Below are positions 1 to 9,455 of a stretch of 64,000 nt of DNA, in pieces; positions within the stretch are counted from its first letter, which is position 1, and every line of letters begins with the position of its first letter. Origin of the DNA: Pseudomonadota bacterium (GTDB taxonomy: Bacteria; Myxococcota; JACRCW01; JAFGSX01); the NCBI GenBank assembly GCA_043821645.1, contig JBDRCO010000031.1, positions 1 through 64,000 on the forward strand. Direction: 5' to 3'. A program made the position numbers and the translations under genes. The notes under the pieces were generated by a model. The model had not been told where the DNA came from, made no database searches, and saw only the letters and a program-made list of their open reading frames with translations.

Positions 1-1
1 G

Positions 2-1657
2 ATGCCCCACCGTGCCCACACCCAGACCCGCGCCCTGACGCTGATTCCGGCCCTGGCCCTGGCCACCCTGCAGCTCGCCTGCCCGTTCAAGGTGCTCGGG
101 CCCACCGGACCGTCCGAGGGCTTCGACTGCTCGTGCAACCAGCGCGGGGTGTGCGAGCCGGGGTGCTCCTGCGACCCGGACTGTGAACGGGACGCCGGTG
201 CCAGCGACAGCGTGGGGCAGGACCAGGGTCAGGTGGGCTGCGGCACCTCGTGCACGGACCTCATCTACGACGAGTGCACCTGCGGCGTCGCCGATCCCTG
301 CGGCTGGATAGGTGATGGCTACTGCGACCTGGATCCGTCCCGGTCCAGCTGCCTGGGCTTCACCCAGCACTTCGACGACGCTGTGGACTGTCGCCCGGCC
401 AGCGACGCCGGGAGCGCGCCGGACACCGCGACGGTGCCGGACAGTGGCACGGGCCTCGACGCGGGCCCCAGCGATCACGCGACGGGCGTAGATCAGACCA
501 GCACCCCCGACACCGGCACGGATTCGGCCGTACCCACGGATTGCCCGAGCGACTGCAGCAACATGTACTACACGGCCTGCAGTTGCTCGGCCGCCGACCC
601 CTGCGGCTGGTCCAACGACGGCTACTGCGACCTGGATCCGCCCTCGCAGAGCTGCGCCATCTACAGTAATCACTTCGACGACAGTCAGGACTGCCTGGCC
701 GTCACGGACGCGGGGAGCACAGTCGACGCCAGCACAGGGGTTGATGTCGTTCCTCCACAGGATGCCGGCAGCGCCGGGGATTCGGGTCCAGCCGGGGGCT
801 TTGTCGCCGTCAGCAACCCCGTGCAGGGTCGCACCGACATCTCGCTCAACAGCGTGTGGGGCGTGGTGGCGTCGTGGAGTCAGACCCTGTGGGCCGTGGG
901 CTCTCAGGGCACGGTGCTGACCTGGGATGGCAACAACTGGACCCAGAAGACCACACCCACCACCCAGCCCCTTTACGGCGTGGTCGGCACCTCGACGGAC
1001 AGCTGGTTCGTCTCAGGCCTGTACACGACCCTGATCTGGACCGGATCCGAGTTCGACCACGGCACGGGCTGGGCCGGAGAGTTGGTGGGCGTCTGGGGCG
1101 ACTACAGCACCAGCATCTACTTCCTGCATCGCCCGACCAGCCAGTACGTGCAGTGCTCGATCATGAAGTGGAACGGCCTGGAGTTCGAATCGAGCCAGAG
1201 CATCGAGCCCTCGTGCCTGGCCATTGGCGGCTATGGCAACGAGGCCTGGGTGGGCACCACCGGTGGCATCTACTACAACTTCGGCGGCGGCTGGAACCCG
1301 CAGACCGCGGACGGCGTGGGCTTCTACACCGACGTCTTCGCCGCCGACGCGGACAACGTGTGGATGTCGGGTACCCAGGGCCTGGTGGCTTACGACTCGC
1401 ACTTTCAGACCTGGAACAGGGTCAACGATGTGCTTCGCCCCAACGGCGAGGCGCTCAACGGCGTGTGGGCCTCCAGCGCCAGCGACCTGTGGGTGGTGGG
1501 TGACGACGGACTGATCGCGCACTACGACGGCAATGGCTGGAGCGAGGTCGACAACCCGCTGCGCGGCACGGGCACGGCCATCAACGACATCTGGGGCTCG
1601 ACCATCGCCGGCATCTGGGTGGTGGGTGACAACGGCAGCATCCTGCACAGGCCCTGA
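2..1657 (+). CDS. Cys-rich secreted lipoprotein with duplicated GDGYCD (LNR-like) modules and C-terminal Trp/Gly-repeat beta-propeller-like region
   Basis: Hydrophobic N-terminus ending LQLAC (lipobox-like). Two copies of C-x-C-xx-DPCGW-xx-DGYCDLDP...HFDD-xx-DC, DAG/DSG linkers, and repeated 'L-x-x-VWG...W-x-VG-xx-G-x-I-x-x-[WY]DG' units. The start is at the window edge, so it may extend upstream. Confidence 0.7.
   Translation: MPHRAHTQTRALTLIPALALATLQLACPFKVLGPTGPSEGFDCSCNQRGVCEPGCSCDPDCERDAGASDSVGQDQGQVGCGTSCTDLIYDECTCGVADPCGWIGDGYCDLDPSRSSCLGFTQHFDDAVDCRPASDAGSAPDTATVPDSGTGLDAGPSDHATGVDQTSTPDTGTDSAVPTDCPSDCSNMYYTACSCSAADPCGWSNDGYCDLDPPSQSCAIYSNHFDDSQDCLAVTDAGSTVDASTGVDVVPPQDAGSAGDSGPAGGFVAVSNPVQGRTDISLNSVWGVVASWSQTLWAVGSQGTVLTWDGNNWTQKTTPTTQPLYGVVGTSTDSWFVSGLYTTLIWTGSEFDHGTGWAGELVGVWGDYSTSIYFLHRPTSQYVQCSIMKWNGLEFESSQSIEPSCLAIGGYGNEAWVGTTGGIYYNFGGGWNPQTADGVGFYTDVFAADADNVWMSGTQGLVAYDSHFQTWNRVNDVLRPNGEALNGVWASSASDLWVVGDDGLIAHYDGNGWSEVDNPLRGTGTAINDIWGSTIAGIWVVGDNGSILHRP
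271..693 (+). repeat. Intragenic duplication (about 271-390 and 574-693, offset 303 nt)
   Basis: Shared GGCTACTGCGACCTGGATCCG and GCCGA(T/C)CCCTGCGGCTGG in both copies. Confidence 0.8.
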
Positions 1658-1681
1658 ACGCTCGCCGACCGACGGGGTGGG

Positions 1682-2887
1682 TCAGGCCTCGAGCACCTTC
1701 TTGATGCGCTCGAAGGCCCAGTCGATGTCCTTCTTCTCGATCACCAGCGGTGGCGCGAAGCGGATTACGTCGTCGTGGGTCTCCTTGCACAGCATGCCTT
1801 CGGCCATCAGCGCCTCGCAGAAGCGGCGGGCACCACCGGCTTCCTTGTGCAGCTCGACGCCGACGAACAGGCCGCGACCGCGCACCTCCTTGATGTGCTT
1901 GCTCTTGAGGGTGCGCAGCCGGCCCATCAGGTACTCGCCCAGCTCGGCCGAGCGTTCGGTGAGCCTGTCCTCGCGTAGCACGCGCATGGCCGTGCAGGAC
2001 ACCGCGCAGGCCAGCGGGTTGCCGCCGAAGGTGCTGCCATGGGAGCCGGGGGTGAACAGGCCCATCACATCCTTGCTGCCGACGACGGCGGAGATGGGCA
2101 GCACGCCACCACCCAGGGCCTTGCCCAGGATGTACAAGTCGGGCTTCACGCCCTCGTGCTCGCAGGCGAAGAGCTTGCCGGTGCGGCCGAAACCGGTCTG
2201 GATCTCGTCGGCGACCAGCAGCACGTTGTTCTTCGTGCACAGCTCACGCGCACGCTTGAGGTAGCCGGCGGGCGGGATGATCACGCCTGCCTCGCCCTGT
2301 ATGGGCTCGACCATGAAGGCCACGGTGTTGGGGGTGATGGCCTTCTCGAGGGCTGCGGCGTCGCCATAAGGGATGATCTTGAAGCCCGGGGTGAAGGGCC
2401 CGAAGCCCTCCTGGTACAGCGGTTCGGTCGAGAAGGAGATGATGGTGACCGTGCGGCCGTGAAAGTTGTCGGAACACACAATGATTTCGGCCTGGTTCGC
2501 GGGCACACCCTTGACCTTGTAGCCCCACTGCCGGGCTGCCTTGATGGCGGTCTCCACGGCCTCGGCGCCGGTGTTCATGGGCAGGCCCATCTCGGTGCCC
2601 GTCAGCTCACACACGTCGCGCAAGAAGGGCCCCAGCAGCGCGTTATGAAAGGCGCGCGAGGTCACGGTGACCCGGCTGGCCTGCTGGATCAGGGTCTTCA
2701 TGATCTCGGGGTGGCGATGGCCGTGGTTGACCGCCGAGTAGCAGGACAGGAAATCCAGGTACTTGTGCTCCTCGGGATCCCACACCCAGATGCCGTCGGC
2801 ATACTCGATGACGATGGGCAGGGGCTTGTAGTTGCGGGCGCTGTAGCGGTCCGTGAGGGCGAAGAGCTCGTCGGAGTGCATGGCCAT
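1682..2887 (-). CDS. rocD: Ornithine--oxo-acid aminotransferase (class III PLP)
   Basis: [74 protein letters not shown]. Confidence 0.95.
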   Translation of the reverse strand: MAMHSDELFALTDRYSARNYKPLPIVIEYADGIWVWDPEEHKYLDFLSCYSAVNHGHRHPEIMKTLIQQASRVTVTSRAFHNALLGPFLRDVCELTGTEMGLPMNTGAEAVETAIKAARQWGYKVKGVPANQAEIIVCSDNFHGRTVTIISFSTEPLYQEGFGPFTPGFKIIPYGDAAALEKAITPNTVAFMVEPIQGEAGVIIPPAGYLKRARELCTKNNVLLVADEIQTGFGRTGKLFACEHEGVKPDLYILGKALGGGVLPISAVVGSKDVMGLFTPGSHGSTFGGNPLACAVSCTAMRVLREDRLTERSAELGEYLMGRLRTLKSKHIKEVRGRGLFVGVELHKEAGGARRFCEALMAEGMLCKETHDDVIRFAPPLVIEKKDIDWAFERIKKVLEA

Positions 2888-3059
2888 GGGGGACCTCGCT
2901 GTGGTTCGCTGTGCCTCATCTCTTCAACCCTGAAAAGCGGTGAAAGGCAACCGCTGTGCGTTCTGGCCAGCAAGCGGACAATCGAAGCTGTACGTGTCGG
3001 GGTGAGCTGCTAGATTTCGCACCCCGCCGCCGCCTGCTGCGAGCGCACCTGGAGGTCCC

Positions 3060-3887
3060 GTGTCTGCAAAGCCCAAGAAATCCAAAAAGCTCACCGTCGC
3101 CGTCGTGGGCGTGGGTCAGATAGGCAGTGCGACGGCCCTGGCCCTGCATCGTGCCGGGCGCTACCGCGTGCTCGCCGTCGACAAGGTGGCCGAGGCGCGA
3201 GCGCGCATGAAGGCCGAGGGGCTTGCGGTGTTTGCGGACGCGGCCGACGCTGCGCGCCAGGCCGAGCTGGTGATCCTGGCGGTCAAGCCCAAGAACGCCG
3301 TCGAGACCCTGCGCAGCATGGCGCCTGCCCTTCAGGGCAAGACCGTCATCTCCATCGTCGCGGCCATCACCATCGAGGTGCTGCGGACCGCTGCACCGGG
3401 CGCCGAGTTCGTGCGTGCCATGCCCAATATCGCGCTCCTGGTGCAGGCCTCGTACACGGGCTACGCCATGGCCGAGGGCGTGAGCGCACGCACCCGCAAG
3501 CTGGCCGAGCAGGTGCTGGGCGAGCTGGGTGAGGCCGCCGTGGTCGAGGAGAACTTGCTCGATGCTGTGACCGGGCTCAGCGGCAGTGGCCCGGCCTACG
3601 CTGCCATCTTCATCGAGGCCATGGCCTACGCGGGCCTCAAGGTGGGCTTGCCCCGGGACGTGGCCCTGCGCAGCGCTGCGCAGACCATGCTCGGCTCCGC
3701 GCGCATGATCCTGGACGCGCACATCCACCCGGCGCAGCTCAAGGAGATGGTGGTCACCCCGGCCGGCACCACCATCCAGGGCATCTACCACATCGAGGAG
3801 AGCGGCATCCGCTCGTCGGTGATGCGCGCGGTCGACGCCGCCACCAGCCGCTGCACCGAGATCACGGCGGCGCTCACCAAGGGCTGA
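3060..3887 (+). CDS. proC: Pyrroline-5-carboxylate reductase
   Basis: GVGQIG Rossmann motif, LAVKP, RAMPN, TGLSGSGPAY, VVTPAGTT. Divergent from rocD, which supplies P5C. Confidence 0.95.
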   Translation: MSAKPKKSKKLTVAVVGVGQIGSATALALHRAGRYRVLAVDKVAEARARMKAEGLAVFADAADAARQAELVILAVKPKNAVETLRSMAPALQGKTVISIVAAITIEVLRTAAPGAEFVRAMPNIALLVQASYTGYAMAEGVSARTRKLAEQVLGELGEAAVVEENLLDAVTGLSGSGPAYAAIFIEAMAYAGLKVGLPRDVALRSAAQTMLGSARMILDAHIHPAQLKEMVVTPAGTTIQGIYHIEESGIRSSVMRAVDAATSRCTEITAALTKG

Positions 3888-3996
3888 GCCGGGCGTCCGG
3901 GGCCAGGATAGGCACGACGTGGCCCCGGCCGGTTGACGCGCAGAGCGCCCCCGTGCTGGATTCGGCCAGGACCGTAGCCCTGGGCGCAAGGTCATC

Positions 3997-5757
3997 GTGA
4001 ACCAGCTGGTGTCGACATTCGGGATGTTGCTGAGAAGGCGCGCCACCGACCTGCTCTTCGTCGCAGTTCTGATCGGCACGACGACGCTTCACCTGAAGCT
4101 GCTCGACCACGTCTACATTCACAAGTGGGATGAGCAGTACCACCTGGCCGTGGCCCAGTCCCTCACGCTCGACTTCTTCAAGCCGCGGCTTCAGCTCATC
4201 GACGCCAGCGGCAGCAAGAACCCTGGCTGGAGCGACAGCACGATCTGGATGCACAAGCCCATCCTGCCGTCGTGGATGTCCGCGATCTCGGTCAAGCTTG
4301 GCGGTCGCCAGCTCTTCTTCTACCGGCTCCCCTCTGTCTGTTTCTTCGTCCTGTTGATCCTGACGGTGCGGGCCCTCGGGACCCGGGTGCACTCCGTGCC
4401 GCTCGGCAACCTCGCGGCGTCACTTCTGGCCCTCAATCCCTTCCTGGTCCGCCTGACCCAGGGCGACGTGTTCTCGGACATGTTCGACCTGCCCTTGCAG
4501 TTTTTCTCCACCGCCAGCGTTCTGGCACTGATCCACGCCCAGGACTCCAGGCGTCCGCGGCTTTTCGCCCTGGCTGGGGTGCTGTGTGGTCTCGGGGTGC
4601 TCTCCAAGGCCTTCCTCGGGCTGTCCCCGCTCGGCGTGGCGGTGCTGCTGACCGGGCTGGGTCGAACCCCTGTCCTGGGTTCCGGGCCCAGGCTGCGGGA
4701 TCTGGCGATCATGGCAGGCGCCTTTGTCGTCACCATCCTGCCCATCAACCTGTGGTTGCTGCTGCAGTTCACCGATGTGTTCCTCGAGGAGAATGTCTAC
4801 TTTCTGCGGCACCTGACACACGGGCTCGAGGTCTGGGCGCTGCCCTGGGACTACCCCTTCAACGGGGTCTGGAAAGCGCTGTTCTCAAAGCCACTGGCCC
4901 TGCTGGGGCTCTGCGGCGTGGGCGCACTGAGCTGGAGAATGGTCAGGACCCGGAACGTCGCCACCCTCAGCGTCGGGATCTGGTGCCTGCTCACCCTGGC
5001 GGTCTTCCTGGTCTCCAAGACCAAGCCACCGGTGGTCTTCGCGGGCTGTCTACCGACGCTGACCATAGGAATTGGGCTGATCGTGTTCTCCAGTGCGCGC
5101 TTCTTCCCGCTTGGTCTCGGTCTCGCCACCAGTGCGATCCTGCTCGACCTCGGGCTGGCCCGCGGGACCCTGTTCGAGGTGTTCAATTTTCATCGCTATC
5201 CTGGGCTCAAGAGCCTGGTCCATGACGCGGCCAGGGATCCCACGATGGCACTCAACCTCAGTGTGTTCGCACCGACCTTCTTGCTGCTGCTGGCGGTGTT
5301 CGCTGTCCTCACGCTCGCCCGCCGCCGAGGCTTCCTTGGCGCCTTTACCCAGGGCCCGGCCCTGGCCACCGGGTGTGCGGTCTGCGTCGGACTTGCGGTG
5401 GTTGGAGTCACGGCACACGCCTTCGAGGCCCAGCGGGTCGCCATCGCCGGCAAGAAAGATCCGGAGCACCTGCGCATGAAGCAGGTCGCGGCCCAGATCC
5501 GCCCACTCCTGACACCCGAGATGGGCCTCTTCGTGGAACACGAGGGACTGCCCGTGCGCCTGGCCATCCACCTCGACAATCCGGTCGTGGGGACGCCGCG
5601 CCAGCCGAGCCCGGAGCTGGTGCGGAAGATGATCGCCTTCGGTTTCAGGCCGCTGTACCTGACGTCCCAGGAGCTGCCCTACACCGACCTGCGGCCGCCT
5701 GGCTCGACTCTCGAGCTCCACCTGTACGACCTGCAGGCCGCCAGACCACTGCCTTGA
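3997..5757 (+). CDS. GT-C fold membrane glycosyltransferase (ArnT/PMT_2, GT39/GT83-like)
   Basis: Multiple TM helices, WDE in the first loop, HKP, RLPS, G-x-LSK motifs. Confidence 0.75.
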   Translation: MNQLVSTFGMLLRRRATDLLFVAVLIGTTTLHLKLLDHVYIHKWDEQYHLAVAQSLTLDFFKPRLQLIDASGSKNPGWSDSTIWMHKPILPSWMSAISVKLGGRQLFFYRLPSVCFFVLLILTVRALGTRVHSVPLGNLAASLLALNPFLVRLTQGDVFSDMFDLPLQFFSTASVLALIHAQDSRRPRLFALAGVLCGLGVLSKAFLGLSPLGVAVLLTGLGRTPVLGSGPRLRDLAIMAGAFVVTILPINLWLLLQFTDVFLEENVYFLRHLTHGLEVWALPWDYPFNGVWKALFSKPLALLGLCGVGALSWRMVRTRNVATLSVGIWCLLTLAVFLVSKTKPPVVFAGCLPTLTIGIGLIVFSSARFFPLGLGLATSAILLDLGLARGTLFEVFNFHRYPGLKSLVHDAARDPTMALNLSVFAPTFLLLLAVFAVLTLARRRGFLGAFTQGPALATGCAVCVGLAVVGVTAHAFEAQRVAIAGKKDPEHLRMKQVAAQIRPLLTPEMGLFVEHEGLPVRLAIHLDNPVVGTPRQPSPELVRKMIAFGFRPLYLTSQELPYTDLRPPGSTLELHLYDLQAARPLP

Positions 5758-5847
5758 CACGTCGTCACGCCCACGGATTTTGGATGCAGGACGCGCGCTG
5801 CGGCATTCGCTATGCTGCCGCGGCGATAGCAGGGGAGCCAGAAAGCC

Positions 5848-6507
5848 ATGCTGAGAACCGACTACATCATGCGAATGGTCGAGCAGATCCAGAAGCTGAT
5901 GGCGCAGATCGCGCTCACGCGAGAGTCCGGCGATCACCTCGCCACCGCGCGCTTGCTCGACGAGGCCAGCACCGAGCACCTGGGCCTGGCCTTCACCGTC
6001 GTCGCCCTGCAGCCGCTCGCCCAGCTCAAGCTGCTGTTCACCACCGAGGACGAACTCGACCCCGGCAAGTGCATCGCGGCCGGCGAGTTGCTGGTTCAGG
6101 CTGCGGCCTTGCACCTGGACCTCGAGCATCGTGCCCAGGCCGACGCCATGCGGCTGAGAAGCCTGGAGCTGTTCATGGCGGGCTATCGGGTGCTGCCGCA
6201 GCGCGAAAGAGCGCTGTACGCGCTCAAGATCCTGGATCTGCTCGCGAAGCTGCCGGACCACGCCTTGACCGATCACCAGCTGCTGAGCCTGGTGGGTGTG
6301 TACGAGGCCGCGGGCAGGTACGACCGCGCCGAGGATGTGCTGTTTCCCCTGGTCGAGGACGGAGTGGACGGGGCGCTGGCTCTTGGGCTCAGGCTCTACG
6401 ACCAGTTGCTCGGCAAGAGGGACGAGGACCTGGAGCAGGGTGGGCTGCCCCGGGACGAGGTTCAGCAGAGTCTGCAGGAACTGCGGCGGCTGGAGAAAGG
6501 TCCGTGA
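5848..6507 (+). CDS. DUF6483-like helical protein
   Basis: N-terminal DYIMRMVEQ and C-terminal L-x-x-GGLPRDEV, with a TPR-like GRYDRAED segment. Confidence 0.7.
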   Translation: MLRTDYIMRMVEQIQKLMAQIALTRESGDHLATARLLDEASTEHLGLAFTVVALQPLAQLKLLFTTEDELDPGKCIAAGELLVQAAALHLDLEHRAQADAMRLRSLELFMAGYRVLPQRERALYALKILDLLAKLPDHALTDHQLLSLVGVYEAAGRYDRAEDVLFPLVEDGVDGALALGLRLYDQLLGKRDEDLEQGGLPRDEVQQSLQELRRLEKGP

Positions 6508-6529
6508 CCGCCTTGGCGCAGAAATCGAG

Positions 6530-7975
6530 CTAGCGCCCGAGCCTGCGCTCGACCTTGCGCCGCATTCTGGTGAAGGCCAGACCCAGGCGATTGACGAGGT
6601 CGTCGGATCCCGCAGCGGCCGCGGGATCCAGGTTGCCGCCGTCAGGGCCGTACATGTCGGCCATCATGTCGATGACGCTGCCCTCGACCAGACGCTTCAC
6701 CGGAATCTTCGAGACCATGCCGTACATGGCCGCGCTGCCGGTCTCGGCCAGCTCGGGATGCCCGCGCACCAGGGAGACGGCCTCGCGCAGGTCGGCGAGC
6801 CAGGTGTCGACGACGGTGGCGTGCAGCGGGGTGAGCATCACGTGCAGCGCTTCGGGTTTTTGCAGGCGGTCGATGTTCCAGCCCCGCCTGTCCATCTCGT
6901 CGGCCACGGCATAGATGTAGAGGTCGGGGTCGCGGGAGCAAAAGGCCATCACGCTCATCACGGGATTGCCGAGCACCTCGAGGCCCGCAATGGACGCGAT
7001 GCCCTCGCGAAACCTGCGGGTGGTCTCCATCAGCCCGCGGGTGCGCTCGAGATAGCCGTCCTGGCCAATGGCCTTGAGCGTGGCCCAGGCCGCACCGATG
7101 GCACCACCGGGGCGCGTGCCCATCAGCGTGGGGGAGACGTAGACACCGCCAGACCAGTCCACGATGGCGTTGAATTGGTGGCGCAGGTAGCTGATGTCGC
7201 GGTGCAGGATCAGGCTGGCTCCCTTGGCCGCGTAGCCGTACTTGTGAATGTCCGCCGACATCGAGGTGACGCCGGGGACCCGGAAGTCGAAGGTCGGAAC
7301 CGGGTAGCCGAGCTTCTCGACCCAGGGCAGCAGGAAGCCGCCGAGGCAGGCGTCGACGTGCAGGGGGATGCCGCGCGACCGGGTGAGGGCGGCGATCTCC
7401 TCGATGGGATCGACCACGCCGTGCGGGTAACCCGGCGCCGAGGCCACCACCAGCGCGGTTCTCGACGACAGCCGCCGCTTCAGCGCCTTGAGGTCGACGC
7501 GCAGATCCTTGCCCACCGGCACGGTCACCTGCTTGAGCCCGAAGTAGTGGCAGCCCTTGCGGAACGCCACGTGTGCCGACTCGGGCATCACCACCTCGGG
7601 GCGTCGCATGCCGGGCAGCAGGCGCGAGCGGTAGCGATCGCGCGCCGTCTTGACTGCCAGCAGGCAGCTCTCGGTGCCGCCTGTGGTCATGGTGCCGACC
7701 ACCTGGGCGTCGCCGTGGAGCATGTCCGCGGCCATGCGCACCACCTCGTTCTCGAAGCGGCGCAGGCTCTTGAAGGCCATGGGGTTGAGGCCGTTCTCCG
7801 AGAAGTACATGCCATGGGCTTGCTTCAGGAAGTCGGTGTGCTCGTCGCCAAGCCAGTACACCAGGCTGAAGGTGCGGGCGGCGCGGTAGTCGACGTCCTG
7901 GGCGCCATAGCTGCGCATCTCGTCGAGCACCCGCTGGTGGCTCCAGCCCTCGGCGGGGATCTCGTGTTGTGCCAT
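6530..7975 (-). CDS. PLP-dependent group II decarboxylase, sphingosine-1-phosphate lyase-like
   Basis: NGLNP...FENEVV, TTGGTES, AHVAF, YPHGVVDPI, HVDACLGG, SADIHKYG (PLP lysine). Start moved to ATG 7975 behind an AAAGGA RBS. Confidence 0.85.
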   Translation of the reverse strand: MAQHEIPAEGWSHQRVLDEMRSYGAQDVDYRAARTFSLVYWLGDEHTDFLKQAHGMYFSENGLNPMAFKSLRRFENEVVRMAADMLHGDAQVVGTMTTGGTESCLLAVKTARDRYRSRLLPGMRRPEVVMPESAHVAFRKGCHYFGLKQVTVPVGKDLRVDLKALKRRLSSRTALVVASAPGYPHGVVDPIEEIAALTRSRGIPLHVDACLGGFLLPWVEKLGYPVPTFDFRVPGVTSMSADIHKYGYAAKGASLILHRDISYLRHQFNAIVDWSGGVYVSPTLMGTRPGGAIGAAWATLKAIGQDGYLERTRGLMETTRRFREGIASIAGLEVLGNPVMSVMAFCSRDPDLYIYAVADEMDRRGWNIDRLQKPEALHVMLTPLHATVVDTWLADLREAVSLVRGHPELAETGSAAMYGMVSKIPVKRLVEGSVIDMMADMYGPDGGNLDPAAAAGSDDLVNRLGLAFTRMRRKVERRLGR

Positions 7976-8108
7976 CGCGGTATCCTTTCTGAACGCGGGT
8001 CCGCCCAGCCCTGCGGCTCCTCGGTGCGGTGGCCGGCGAAAGTGCGCGAGCAGGGAATGCACGCTATCGCGGACCCCTGCGCTGCCCAAGCGAGGATCGC
8101 ATGCGGAC

Positions 8109-9362
8109 TCAGCCTGGCTGGCCTGTCGTCGTCCGTGTGTCGTCGGGCTGGTCGTCCGCTGGGAGCACCAGGCGCAACAGCGCCAGGCCAGGGATCGCAG
8201 CCAGGGTACAGAACACGAAGTAGCCGCTCCAGCCCAGGTGGGCGGCGATCCAGCCCGTGGGTGCGGCCGCGAACACCCGTGGGATCCCCATCAGGCTCGA
8301 GAACAGCGCGTACTGCGTGGCGGTGAAACGCTTGTTGGTCAGGCTGGCCATGTAGGCCACGTAGGCGCTGGTACCCATGCCCGCGGTGAGCATCTCCAGG
8401 GTGATGGCCAGGGCAAGTCCCCAGGTCACAGGGCCAAGCTGGGCCAGGCCGGCGTATCCCAGGATGGCCGAGGCCTGGGCGATGCCGAACAGCCACAGGG
8501 CGCGGCGTATCCCCATGCGCAGCATGAGCAGGCCGCCGGCAAAGCCTCCACCTATGGTGGCAGCCATGCCGAAGGTCTTGACCACTGCGGCGAGCTGGGT
8601 TTTCGAGAAACCCAGGCCCAGCACGAAGGGTGTCGTCATCGACGAGGCCATCTGGTCGCCGATCTTGTACAGCAGGATGAAGCTCAGGATGGTGAGCGCG
8701 CCTGGGCGTCGGAAGAAATCCACGAAGGGCTCGACCACGGCCTCGCGCAGGGTGCGCGGCGGAGGTGCATCGACCTGCGGTTCCGGGGCGAGGAGGGTGG
8801 TGACGATTCCCACCCCCATGAAGCCGGCCATGATCAGGTACACGCTGTGCCAGGGCAGGAGGTCCGCGAGGAACAGCGCCATGGCACCCGAGGCCAGCAT
8901 GGCCACCCGGTAGCCGTTGACGAACAGCGACGAACCCAGGCCCAGCTCGGCTTCCGGCAACAGTTCCCGGCGGTAGGCGTCGAGCACGATGTCCTGGGTG
9001 GCGCTCATGAAGGCCAGCAACAGCGCCAGCGCCGCGATGTGCCAGGGATGCGTCGTCGGATCCGCCAGGCCGAGCCCGGCGATGGCCAGCACCAGCACCA
9101 GCTGCACGCTCAGCATCCAGCCGCGGCGCCGTCCGAGGTAGGGCGGCACGAAGCGGTCGAGCAGGGGCGCCCACAGGAACTTGAGGGTGTACGGCAGGCC
9201 GACCAGGGCGAACAGGCCAATGGAGGTGAGGTCGACCTTGGCGTCGACCAGCCATGCCTGCAAGGTGCTGCCGGTAAGCAGCAAGGGCAGACCCGAGGAG
9301 AACCCGGTGAGCACGGTGACCAGCATGCGGCCGCTGAACACCGTGCGCAGCGTCGACGGCAT
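8109..9362 (-). CDS. ampG: AmpG-family muropeptide MFS transporter
   Basis: GFSSGLPLLL, PYTLKFLWAPLLD, GRRRGW, SATQDIVLDAYR, TATQYALFSS. Real start inferred at 9362. The rest of the long ORF is a shadow of recC. Confidence 0.92.
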   Translation of the reverse strand: MPSTLRTVFSGRMLVTVLTGFSSGLPLLLTGSTLQAWLVDAKVDLTSIGLFALVGLPYTLKFLWAPLLDRFVPPYLGRRRGWMLSVQLVLVLAIAGLGLADPTTHPWHIAALALLLAFMSATQDIVLDAYRRELLPEAELGLGSSLFVNGYRVAMLASGAMALFLADLLPWHSVYLIMAGFMGVGIVTTLLAPEPQVDAPPPRTLREAVVEPFVDFFRRPGALTILSFILLYKIGDQMASSMTTPFVLGLGFSKTQLAAVVKTFGMAATIGGGFAGGLLMLRMGIRRALWLFGIAQASAILGYAGLAQLGPVTWGLALAITLEMLTAGMGTSAYVAYMASLTNKRFTATQYALFSSLMGIPRVFAAAPTGWIAAHLGWSGYFVFCTLAAIPGLALLRLVLPADDQPDDTRTTTGQPG

Positions 9363-9455
9363 GGCGCAGCCTAGCACGCCTGACCGGGTGCGACTCGTTT
9401 CGTCGCTTGCCCGCGGCAGACTGGGCGTGAGAGGAAGGAGCGACCAGGGGATGGC

